Part shown: piece after piece, positions 35,237 to 43,275 of the stretch
How positions within the stretch are numbered: the first letter of the stretch is position 1
How the letters are laid out: each line of letters begins with the position of its first letter
Translations under genes and position numbers: made by a program
The notes under the pieces: model-generated
Database searches by the model: none
What the model was told of the DNA's origin: nothing
Seen by the model: the letters and a program-made list of their open reading frames with translations, nothing else
Origin: Polyangiales bacterium
Lineage (GTDB): Bacteria > Myxococcota_A > Polyangia > Polyangiales > Ga0077539
Reading direction: 5' to 3'
Length of the DNA: 64,000 bases
Assembly (NCBI GenBank): GCA_046351555.1
Contig: JAXLYI010000003.1
Location: 584,142-648,141 of the forward strand

Positions 35237-35334
35237 GGCGGGGCGGGAGCATCGCACGGGGCCGCGGCGGGGCGGTAGATTCCTCGCGGTGGGGTCTTCC
35301 CCCCGGGGGGGCATTTCGGGTACTCCCGCGCGCC

Positions 35335-36045
35335 GTGAGCGACCACCCCCTCCGCGCCATCCTGAACGAGATCGAGCGGCGCCGCGCCGAGCGCCCCGTG
35401 GTCATCTTCGACCTCGACGGGACGCTCTACGACAACCGCTCCCGCACCCTGCGCATCCTCCACGCCTTCGCCGCGGGCCTCGAGCACGAGCACGCGCGCG
35501 ACGCGGCCGTCATCCGCGCGCTCCGCGTCGACAGCCTGCTCTACCGCATCGAGGACACGCTCGGGCCCCGCGGGGTGTCCGCCGAAGTGATCGAGCGGGC
35601 CAAGAAGCAGTGGTTCGCGCGCTTCTTCACCGACGCCGCCTGCGCCGACGACGTGCCCGTCCAGGGCGCGGTGGCCTTCGCCCGCGCCTGCTACGCGCGC
35701 GGCGCCACCGTGGTGTACCTCACCGGCCGCGACGTCCCGGGGATGCTCGTGGGCACGGTGCGCACGCTCCGCGACGACGGCTTCCCCCTTGGGGTGCCGC
35801 GGGTGGAGCTGGTGTTCAAGCCCACCTTCGAGGAGCCCGACACGGCCTTCAAGGTGCGGATGCTCGACGCGATGGACGAGCTCGGCAGCGTCATCGCGAC
35901 GTTCGAGAACGAGCCGGGCAACTGCAACATGTTCCACCGGCGCTGGCCCGACTCGCACGCGGTGCTGGTGACCACGCAGCACGCGCCCGGCGCGCCCCCG
36001 CTCGACGAGCGCTGCGTGAAGGTGCCCCACTTCGACCACCCGTAG
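35335..36045 (+). CDS. HAD superfamily hydrolase
   Basis: VVIFDLDGTLYDN is HAD motif I, VVYLTGRD is motif II-like, and a later K and E/D-rich motif is present. 236 aa. Confidence 0.7.
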   Translation: MSDHPLRAILNEIERRRAERPVVIFDLDGTLYDNRSRTLRILHAFAAGLEHEHARDAAVIRALRVDSLLYRIEDTLGPRGVSAEVIERAKKQWFARFFTDAACADDVPVQGAVAFARACYARGATVVYLTGRDVPGMLVGTVRTLRDDGFPLGVPRVELVFKPTFEEPDTAFKVRMLDAMDELGSVIATFENEPGNCNMFHRRWPDSHAVLVTTQHAPGAPPLDERCVKVPHFDHP

Positions 36046-36061
36046 CGACGCGCCCCTCCCA

Positions 36062-36703
36062 TCACGGGAAGGCGATGCTGCACGGCCAGCTCCCGGTGGA
36101 GAGCGAGGTCACCCCGTGGCGCGTGCTCCCGATGTAGCCCGCCGCGCCGGCGCGCATCTCGAACGTCACCTCGCCGCCGTCGTCCACCGTGACGCGCCCC
36201 GCGTGGACGGCCGCCGAGCACACCGAGCTGTCGTGCGTGTACACGTCCGTCCCCCAGCACGGCGCGAGCGTCCCGCGCGCCGGGCAGCGGTAGCGGTAGC
36301 GGGCGCCGGGCATGCACGCCATCGCCATCGCGCTCGTCGCCCAGGTCACGTCCGTCGCCGGGAGCGTCGGCTCGCTCGCCACGTCGCGCACGTCGGGGGC
36401 CGCGTCGGTGGTCGCGTCCATCGACACGTCGGGCCGCGCGGCCTCCGCGGGCGCGTCCATCACCGCGTCCATCGCGGCGTCGGGCGCGGCGTCGGGGCGA
36501 AGGACATCGGGCGCGGCGTCCATCGGCGGCGGGGCGACGTCGGGCGGCGCGACGTCGGGCGCCGGCGCGTCGGGCGGGGGCAGGTCGGGCGCGGCGGCCT
36601 CGGGCGAGGCGTCGGCGTCGGGCGCGGGGTCGCCGGTCACCGAGCCCTCGGCGCACGCGCACGCGAGGGCCACCACCAGGGCGAGTCGGGTCGTCCGCAC
36701 CAT
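36062..36703 (-). CDS. Lipoprotein with a Pro/Asp/Ala linker and a C-terminal LCCL-like domain
   Basis: MVRTTRLALVVALACAC provides the lipobox. The C-terminus YRCPARGTLAPCWGTDVYTHDSSVCSAAVHAGRVTVDDGGEVTF matches the LCCL pattern C..G...WGT..YT.DSS.C.AAVHAG....GG.V. The ATG at 36703 was verified by residue offset. Confidence 0.7.
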   Translation of the reverse strand: MVRTTRLALVVALACACAEGSVTGDPAPDADASPEAAAPDLPPPDAPAPDVAPPDVAPPPMDAAPDVLRPDAAPDAAMDAVMDAPAEAARPDVSMDATTDAAPDVRDVASEPTLPATDVTWATSAMAMACMPGARYRYRCPARGTLAPCWGTDVYTHDSSVCSAAVHAGRVTVDDGGEVTFEMRAGAAGYIGSTRHGVTSLSTGSWPCSIAFP

Positions 36704-36741
36704 CAGACGCGCGGAGTCTACCGCAGGGTGCGCGCGAGCTC

Positions 36742-37737
36742 CTACGGCGGACGGACGCGGACCCGCAGGAGGACTGCCTCGAGGATGGCGCTCGACGCGC
36801 GGCGCGCCGCCTCCGCCGCCAGCGCCGCCCGGGCCTCGGCGCGCGCGGCGGCGTAGCGGTCGCGCAGGATGCGGAGGGCCACGCGCTCGCGGAGCTCCGC
36901 CTCGGGGATGCGCGCCTCGGGCACGCGTTCGAGGCGCTGGACGACGTGCCACACCTCCGTCGGGCGCGCGCGGGGGCGGCGCCTCCGCTCGCGGCTCGCG
37001 CTCGCCGGGCGCGACTCGACCACGCCGCGCACCGGCGCGTCGGACACGGCGCCGTCGGCCGCGAGGGCGAAGCCGGCCTCCACCACCGCCGCGGGGACGC
37101 CCGTCGCGCCGTCGCGCGTGAGGAGCCCGAGGTCGCCCGCGTCGCGCGCCGCCAGCGGGTCGATCGAGCGCGGGAGGAGGTCTTCGAAGCGAACCCCGGC
37201 GCGCAGCGCGTCGATGGCCGCGCGGGCCTCGGCCTCGGTGGGGAGCACGAGGTGCCGGAGGTGGACGCGCTCCTCGCGGACGCCCGCGTCGGGGTGGTCG
37301 CGGAGGTGGCGGTCGATCGTCTCGTCGTCGGGCCGCCGCTCGGCCAGCGCCACGCGCGCGTCGGCCCGGATGAGCGCCTCGGCCAGCGCCCGCGCCGCCG
37401 CCGGGGAGTTGAGCCCGCGCGCCCGCGCCTCCTGCGCGAGGAGCGCGTCGTCGACCAGCTCGCGGAGGATCGCCCGCGCGTCGCCGCCCGCGAGCCCCGC
37501 CCGCTCGCGCTGGAGCCGCGCCACCGCGAGGTCGCACGCGGTGAGGGCCGCGTCGCCGACGCGCGCCAGCACGAGGCCCGGGTCGTCGACGGCGAGCGGG
37601 CACTCGACGCGGACGTGGTCGCGGTGGTGGTGGTGACGGTGGGGCGGGGCCGCGGCGCCCGCGTCGTCCTGCGCGCGCGCGGCCCCGCCCGCGAGGAGCG
37701 CGGCGAGGGCGAGGGCGGCGGGGGCGGGGCGCGTCAC
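36742..37737 (-). CDS. Secreted parvulin-type peptidyl-prolyl isomerase (SurA/PpiC-like) with a His-rich N-terminal tract
   Basis: It has a signal peptide (MTRPAPAALALAALLAGGAARA) and a PPHRHHHHRDH tract. The parvulin-like core reads VHLRHLVLPTEAEARAAIDALRAGVRFEDLL..DAGDLGLL. Confidence 0.6.
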   Translation of the reverse strand: MTRPAPAALALAALLAGGAARAQDDAGAAAPPHRHHHHRDHVRVECPLAVDDPGLVLARVGDAALTACDLAVARLQRERAGLAGGDARAILRELVDDALLAQEARARGLNSPAAARALAEALIRADARVALAERRPDDETIDRHLRDHPDAGVREERVHLRHLVLPTEAEARAAIDALRAGVRFEDLLPRSIDPLAARDAGDLGLLTRDGATGVPAAVVEAGFALAADGAVSDAPVRGVVESRPASASRERRRRPRARPTEVWHVVQRLERVPEARIPEAELRERVALRILRDRYAAARAEARAALAAEAARRASSAILEAVLLRVRVRPP

Positions 37738-37753
37738 GGGGCGCGGGAGGGTA

Positions 37754-38854
37754 TCACCCCGCGACGCGGACGGCGTAGACGGGCGGGAGGTGGGCGGACA
37801 CGTGGGCCCAGCGGTCGCCGCCGTCGTCGCTCACCCAGAGCGAGCCCGTGGTGCTGCCGAACGCGAGCACCTCGCCGGTCGCGCCGACGTCGAGCGCGTG
37901 GCGCAGCGCGATGTCGTAGGCGTGGCCCTGCGGGAGCCCCTCGCGGAGCGCCTCGAAGCTCCGCGCGCCGTCGCGCGTGCGGGCGACCACGACGTTGCCG
38001 CCGACGGGCACGCGGCGCTCGTCCTTCTGCGCGGGGACGAACCACGCCGCGTCGGGGTCGCGCGGGTGCGCCGCCACCGCGAAGCCGAACACCGACGGCG
38101 GGACGTCCTTCACCTCGGCCCACGACCCGCCCCGGTCGTCGGAGCGGAACACCCCGTTGTGGTGCTGGCACCACAGCCGCTCCGGGCGCGCCGCGCACTG
38201 CGCGACGCGGTGCGGGTCCTGGATCACCGGGTCCTCGCGGCGCTCGGGCGGCATGAAGGCCGCGAACATCCCGCGGCTCGCCACGTCCCACGTCGCGCCG
38301 CCGTCGCGGGTGCGCCACGCGCCGCCGCACGACACCGCCACCAGCACGTCGTCGGGGTCGCGCGGGTGGACGCAGATCGAGTGGATCGCCGGGTGGTCGG
38401 CGCCGCCGCCGAACCACTGGCGCCGCGCCGGGTGGTCCCAGAGCCCGCGGACGAGCGACCAGTTCGCGCCGCGGTCGTCGGAGGTGAAGAGGCCGCCGCC
38501 GAGCGTGCCGCACCAGAGCCGCGCCCCGCCGCCGGCCTCGAGCGACCACACCTGCTCGACGCGCCAGGGCCAGGGCTTGCCGTCGGCCGTCACGTCGTCG
38601 GCGTCCGCGGGGCGCGGCGGAAACTGCGGCGGGCTCGCCTCCGCCCAGGTCGCCCCGCCGTCGTCCGAGCGGTGGAGCTTCACGCCGAAATGCCCGTGCG
38701 CCAGCGCGGCGTACACCGCCCCGTCGCGCCCGTCGGGGAGCACCATGGTCACGTTGTCGCCGAGGAAATCGACGCGGGCGACGGCCCAGCGCCCGCCCTC
38801 GCGCCGCACCTGGAAGAGCCCCTTGCGGGTGGCCACGTGGATCGTCGTCGTCAT
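37754..38854 (-). CDS. Cytoplasmic BNR/Asp-box repeat beta-propeller protein (sialidase-fold or Ycf48-like)
   Basis: There are six Asp-box-like motifs: RSDDGGATW, TSDDRGANW, RTRDGGATW, RSDDRGGSW, RTRDGARSF and VSDDGGDRW. There is no signal peptide. GAGGGAG lies 8 nt upstream of the ATG at 38854. Confidence 0.75.
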   Translation of the reverse strand: MTTTIHVATRKGLFQVRREGGRWAVARVDFLGDNVTMVLPDGRDGAVYAALAHGHFGVKLHRSDDGGATWAEASPPQFPPRPADADDVTADGKPWPWRVEQVWSLEAGGGARLWCGTLGGGLFTSDDRGANWSLVRGLWDHPARRQWFGGGADHPAIHSICVHPRDPDDVLVAVSCGGAWRTRDGGATWDVASRGMFAAFMPPERREDPVIQDPHRVAQCAARPERLWCQHHNGVFRSDDRGGSWAEVKDVPPSVFGFAVAAHPRDPDAAWFVPAQKDERRVPVGGNVVVARTRDGARSFEALREGLPQGHAYDIALRHALDVGATGEVLAFGSTTGSLWVSDDGGDRWAHVSAHLPPVYAVRVAG

Positions 38855-38868
38855 CGCGTTGCTCCCTC

Positions 38869-39138
38869 TCAGCCGCCCGAGAGCGCCTGCATCACGTGGA
38901 TCGAGGCCCCCTCGCCGACGGGCTCGTCGGGCCGCGCGCGGTCGGCGATCTGCCGGCCGTCGACGAAGACCACGACGTGGTGGCGGACGGCGCCCTGCTC
39001 GTCGAGCACGTAGCCCCGCACCGCCGGGTGCCGGGCGAAGTAGTCGTCGAGGCACGCGCGCACGGTCGCTCCGGCCACGCGCTCGGGCGGGCAGTCGACG
39101 TGGCGGCGGAGGTTGGGGGTGAAGTCCACCGTGGGCAT
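38869..39138 (-). CDS. MoaD/ThiS-family ubiquitin-like small protein ending in Gly-Gly
   Basis: The 89-aa sequence is MPTVDFTPNLRRHV...VVVFVDGRQIADRARPDEPVGEGASIHVMQALSGG. The beta-grasp style V-x-V-N/DG..V pattern and the C-terminal GG are typical of sulfur-carrier or Ubl proteins. Its stop is 14 nt upstream of the propeller ATG. Confidence 0.7.
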   Translation of the reverse strand: MPTVDFTPNLRRHVDCPPERVAGATVRACLDDYFARHPAVRGYVLDEQGAVRHHVVVFVDGRQIADRARPDEPVGEGASIHVMQALSGG

Positions 39139-39226
39139 CGGGTGCGTGGGAGGGCGCGTCGCACGGGAGCGGCGCGGCGCGCAAGTTCCGCAAGGGCGGG
39201 GAGAAGAGGCGTCCGCCGCGCCCGCC

Positions 39227-40486
39227 TCACCGCTGCGCGTCGACACCCTCGCAGCCGAACGCGCGCGCCCGGAAGCGCACGCGCCCGGCCTCCGCCCGCG
39301 CCTGCACCGTCCACGGCGCGCCGCCGCACCACACCGTCCGCGTGTCGCGCGCCACCTGCTGGGCGACGCGCGCGCTCGGCTCCGCGGGGCCGTGAGCCTC
39401 CGCCTCGCCCATGCCCTCGGCCGTCACCCGCGCGCGGCGGGGGACGTTGTGGTCGTCCCACCAGGTGATCTGCACCGCGCGCCCGCCGTCATCCACCGCG
39501 GCCCCGAGCGCCTGCGCCGCGAACGGGAGCGTCACCGACTCGGGCGCGCCCGCCGCCGGGAACCACGCCACCCGCACCGTCCCTCGCTCCGCGCCGATCG
39601 CGGTCTGCAGGAGGACGGCGTCGGCCCCGGGCGCGATCGGCGACACCTCGAAGCGACCGCGCCCCACCGCGAGGGCCTCCCCGACGCGGACGCTCCCGTC
39701 GGGGAGCGCGCCGAGGTGGCCCGGCGCGGGGCCGCCCGCCATCGCGAGCGCCGCCCGCACGTCGACGCGGTGGGCGCGCATCACGGTAACCTGGCCCTGC
39801 GCCGCGGGCTCGCGCGCCATCACCAGCGCGACGGGGGAGTCTCCGCTGCGGACGGACTGCACCTCGCCCGGCCCGAGCGCGGCCCCGACGGCGGGGCGGT
39901 CGAAGCCGACGCGCATCAGCACGAGCCGGTCGGCGCCGAGGCGGTGGTAGCGCGCGAGCACGAGCGCCGCGTCGCCCTCGCCGCCGAGCACCGCGGGCGA
40001 CGCGAAGGTGCCGAAGGGCGCGGGCATCGCGGGCTCGGTGGCCTGGAGTTCGCGCGCCACCCGCACCGCGCGGAGCCCGCGGCGGGTGCTCACCCAGGGG
40101 ACCCACGCGCGCCCGCCGGCGACGCCCGCGCGGCCGAGCGAGAGCACGTCGTCGGCGACCGCGACGGCGTCGCCCCAGCGCGACGTGGGCTCCAGTGCGC
40201 GGCGCGCCACCGCGAGGTGCGTGCCGGTGCGGGCGGCGACGACGAGCTCGCCCGACGCGCACGCGACGTCCCAGCCGGAGGGCATCCCCTCGGGGGCCGC
40301 GGGGAGGGAGAGGTCGGCGTCGTCGGGCCACGACCACGGGCACGCGGCCGGGGCTTCGCGCGCGGCATCATGCGCCGGCGCGGGGACGTCGCGCGGCGGG
40401 GTCGCGTCGCGCGATGGCGCGGGCGCCGCCTCGGGGGAGCGGGCGCAGGCGACGGCGACGACGAGGGCGAGCGACGTGCGGACCAC
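39227..40486 (-). CDS. Putative lipoprotein, unknown function
   Basis: MVRTSLALVVAVAC provides the lipobox. It is 419 aa, Ala/Val/Gly-rich but not shadow-like in composition. I recognise no family. Confidence 0.55.
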   Translation of the reverse strand: MVRTSLALVVAVACARSPEAAPAPSRDATPPRDVPAPAHDAAREAPAACPWSWPDDADLSLPAAPEGMPSGWDVACASGELVVAARTGTHLAVARRALEPTSRWGDAVAVADDVLSLGRAGVAGGRAWVPWVSTRRGLRAVRVARELQATEPAMPAPFGTFASPAVLGGEGDAALVLARYHRLGADRLVLMRVGFDRPAVGAALGPGEVQSVRSGDSPVALVMAREPAAQGQVTVMRAHRVDVRAALAMAGGPAPGHLGALPDGSVRVGEALAVGRGRFEVSPIAPGADAVLLQTAIGAERGTVRVAWFPAAGAPESVTLPFAAQALGAAVDDGGRAVQITWWDDHNVPRRARVTAEGMGEAEAHGPAEPSARVAQQVARDTRTVWCGGAPWTVQARAEAGRVRFRARAFGCEGVDAQR

Positions 40487-40604
40487 GGGTCTCGGGCGTC
40501 GACTCTACGCGCCCCGGGCGCGGCCCGCGATTCTTCGACAAGCGCCGCGCCGGCGGACGCGCGCGACGGCGCCGGCGGCAGCGTGGTATGTGCTCGGCCC
40601 CGCG

Positions 40605-41462
40605 ATGCCCAACCACCGATTGATCGTTCGTTACGACGGGACCGGCCTGTCGGGCTGGCAGCGGCAGCGCGGCGTCCCGACCGTGCAGGAGGCCCTGGAG
40701 GACGCGGCGGCGACCATCGCCGGCGAGCGCATCACGGTGCGCGGCGCGGGGCGCACCGACGCGGGCGTGCACGCGCTCGCGCAGGTGGCGTCGTTCCGCA
40801 CGCGGGCGAACGTGCCGGACAAGGGCTGGCGCCTCGGGCTCACGGCGAAGCTGCCGCCGCAGGTGGCCGTGCTCGACGTCCGCACGGTGCGCGACGACTA
40901 CGACCCGCGGCGCGCGGCGGCGGGCAAGCGCTACCGCTACCTCCTGCTCGCGTCGCCGATCCGCGACCCGCTCCTGCGCGACCGGGCGTGGCACGTGTGG
41001 GGCGACCTCGACCTCGCGCGCATGCGCCGCGAGGCCGCGCACCTGCCGGGCACGCACGACTTCGCGGCCTTCCGCGCGGCCGACTGCGAGCGCGAGACCA
41101 CGCGGCGCCACATCTTCAGCGTCGACGTGGTCGCGGGCTGGGCGAACAACCCCGACCTCATCGCCGTCGAGGTCGTCGGGACGGCCTTCCTCAAGAACAT
41201 GGTCCGCATCATCGTCGGCACGCTCGTCGACGTCGCGCGCGACCGCCTGCCCGAGGGCACCGTCCCCGCCCGCCTCGCCGACGGCGATCGGACGCGCGGC
41301 GGGATGACCGCCCCGCCTCAGGGGTTGTACCTCGACGAGGTGTTCCAGCGGCCCGAGTGGCTCCTGCCCGACGACGTGCTGCGGCCCGGCCCGGGCTTCC
41401 CCGAAGGACACCCCGTTGCGGGAGCGCCCGCGGCGACCGAGACTGACGAGAACGACGAATGA
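40605..41462 (+). CDS. truA: tRNA pseudouridine(38-40) synthase
   Basis: MPNHRLIVRYDGTGLSGWQRQ, GAGRTDAGVHALAQV (catalytic Asp), HDFAAF and FLKNMVRIIVG are present. The ATG at 40605 was placed by residue offset in ORF 40008..41462. Confidence 0.9.
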   Translation: MPNHRLIVRYDGTGLSGWQRQRGVPTVQEALEDAAATIAGERITVRGAGRTDAGVHALAQVASFRTRANVPDKGWRLGLTAKLPPQVAVLDVRTVRDDYDPRRAAAGKRYRYLLLASPIRDPLLRDRAWHVWGDLDLARMRREAAHLPGTHDFAAFRAADCERETTRRHIFSVDVVAGWANNPDLIAVEVVGTAFLKNMVRIIVGTLVDVARDRLPEGTVPARLADGDRTRGGMTAPPQGLYLDEVFQRPEWLLPDDVLRPGPGFPEGHPVAGAPAATETDENDE

Positions 41463-42211
41463 CCCTCCGCGCCGCGCACCACGCCACCGCCCTCACGCTC
41501 CTCGCGCTCGCCCCCGCCGCCGCCGCCGACCCGCCGCCCGTCAAGGTGTGCGTCGCCGTGGCCGGCGACCCCGACGAGTCCGTTCGCGCGGGCGCGGAGT
41601 CCGTCGCCGACGCGGTCGCGCACCACCCCGCCCTCCGCGGCGTCGCCGACGCCGACGCGCGCGCCGCCCTCCGCGGCGACACAGCCCCCGCGGACTTCGC
41701 CGACCTCGCCGCCGCGCGCCGCTCGCTCCGCGGCGCCGACGCCGACGCCGCCGCGCTCGACGCGCTCTCGCTCCGCCTCGGCTGCGGCCTCGTCGTCGAG
41801 GTGATGGCCCGCCCCGCCGGCGCCGCCGCGCGCGCCTACGACCCCGTGCGCCGCGCGTGGGCCCCCGCGCGCGAGCTCCCCGCGCTCGACGCCGCCGTCG
41901 TCACCGCCGTCGTTCTCCCCGCGCTCGACGCGCGCAACGCCGCCGCGGGCGACGTGGGCGTTGCGCGCGACGCGGGCGTCGTTACGATCGCAGGCGACGC
42001 GGGCGTCACGTCCGACGTCCCCGCCGCGAACGCCAGCGCCCCCGCGGTCGACCGACGCGCCGCGCCGACGCCCGCGGCCTCGCCGAGCTTCCTCAGCCGC
42101 GCATGGCCCTGGCTGCTGGTGGGCGGCGTCGCGGCGGCCGTCGTCGGCGCGTACTTCATCGCCGAGGGCGCCACCACCACCTCCACCCGCGTGACCGTCA
42201 CGCACCCGTAG
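41459..42211 (+). CDS. Secreted/membrane-anchored Ala-rich hypothetical protein
   Basis: Its ATG overlaps the truA stop in an ATGA. It has a signal peptide (ATALTLLALAPAAAA) and a C-terminal TM helix (WPWLLVGGVAAAVVGAYFIA). Confidence 0.5.
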   Translation: MTLRAAHHATALTLLALAPAAAADPPPVKVCVAVAGDPDESVRAGAESVADAVAHHPALRGVADADARAALRGDTAPADFADLAAARRSLRGADADAAALDALSLRLGCGLVVEVMARPAGAAARAYDPVRRAWAPARELPALDAAVVTAVVLPALDARNAAAGDVGVARDAGVVTIAGDAGVTSDVPAANASAPAVDRRAAPTPAASPSFLSRAWPWLLVGGVAAAVVGAYFIAEGATTTSTRVTVTHP

Positions 42212-42219
42212 GCCACGCC

Positions 42220-43275
42220 ATGAAGCTCCTCGCCCGCCTCGCCGCCCTCGCCGCGCTCCTGGTCGCGCTCCTCGCGCCGGGCGTCGCGCGCGCGCAGCGA
42301 GACCTCGTGGGCGAGGCGCCGCCGGGCGGGGTCACGGTGCCCGCGCTGCCCGGCGACCACGTCACCGAGCAGCGCGGCCCGCTCGCGATCTCCTTCCCGC
42401 GCGCGATGCGGCCGCTGGTGGAGGGCGCGCTCGGGCGGGCCGAGCGCGACGCGCGCGCCGTCGCCGCGCAGCTCGGCGTGGCGCAGGTGCCGGCGCTCCA
42501 CGTCCGCCTCGTCGGCGACGCGGAGGCGATGCGCCGGCTCGCGCCGCCCGAGCTCCCGCCGCCCGCGTACGCGGTGGGCGTCGCGTACCCGATGGTTCGC
42601 ACGGTGCTGGTGTCGGCGACCGCGCCGGTGACCCGCGAGGCTTCGAACATGCCCCAGGTGCTGCGCCACGAGCTCTCGCACCTGCTCTTCGCGGAGGCGT
42701 CGGGGCACCGCCCGCTGCCGCGCTGGCTCGCCGAGGGCATCGCCGTCCACCAGTCCGACGAGAACACCTTCGAGCGCTTCCAGGAGCTCGCGTCGGCGAG
42801 CTGGTCGGGGCGCCTCCTGCCGCTCGCGCGCCTCGACGAGGGCTTCGCCGAGGGCCCCACGGAGGTGTCGGTGGCCTACGCGCAGGCGGCGGACTTCACC
42901 GGGTACCTCCTGCGCAAGGAGGGGCCCTCGCGCTTCGCCGTGATGCTCGCCCACGTGCGCGACGGGGCCTCGCTCGACGACGCCGCGCGCGAGACGTGGG
43001 GCGCCGACCTCGCGAGCCTCGAGGCCGACTGGCGCCGCGACCTCGGCGACCGCATGGCCTTCGCGCCGCTGTGGGCGGGGACGGGCGCGCTCTCGCTCGC
43101 GGGCGCGGCCTTCGTCGTGGTGGCGATGGTGCGGCGGCGCCGGCGCAACCGCACCGTGCTCGCTCGCTGGGAGCGCGAGGAGCGGACCGCGCGCGCGTCG
43201 CGCTGGGCGCTGCTGGGGCGCCCGCCGCTGCGCCTCGTGCCGCGGCCCGACGACGAGAACCCGACGCTTCACTGA
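42220..43275 (+). CDS. Peptidase MA-like (HExxH) membrane-anchored protein
   Basis: It has a signal peptide (MKLLARLAALAALLVALLAPGVARA), the metal motif RHELSHLLF (HExxH), WLAEGIAVH, and a C-terminal TM helix plus an Arg-rich tail. Confidence 0.65.
   Translation: MKLLARLAALAALLVALLAPGVARAQRDLVGEAPPGGVTVPALPGDHVTEQRGPLAISFPRAMRPLVEGALGRAERDARAVAAQLGVAQVPALHVRLVGDAEAMRRLAPPELPPPAYAVGVAYPMVRTVLVSATAPVTREASNMPQVLRHELSHLLFAEASGHRPLPRWLAEGIAVHQSDENTFERFQELASASWSGRLLPLARLDEGFAEGPTEVSVAYAQAADFTGYLLRKEGPSRFAVMLAHVRDGASLDDAARETWGADLASLEADWRRDLGDRMAFAPLWAGTGALSLAGAAFVVVAMVRRRRRNRTVLARWEREERTARASRWALLGRPPLRLVPRPDDENPTLH

Noticed and set aside
33663-35405. 580-aa minus ORF and 480-aa plus ORF overlapping the MFS transporter gene
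   Set aside because: These are alternative frames with Arg/Gly/Pro-rich composition. Only the 33833..35236 frame gives 12 hydrophobic helices and MFS loop motifs.
41836-43268. Continuation of the 1337-aa kinase ORF (41836..45849) beyond about 43688
   Set aside because: After the frame break the translation is an Arg/Pro/Gly string. It overlaps the + strand HExxH peptidase and secreted-protein genes, which have signal peptides and motifs. The true C-terminus is in another frame and ends at 43269.
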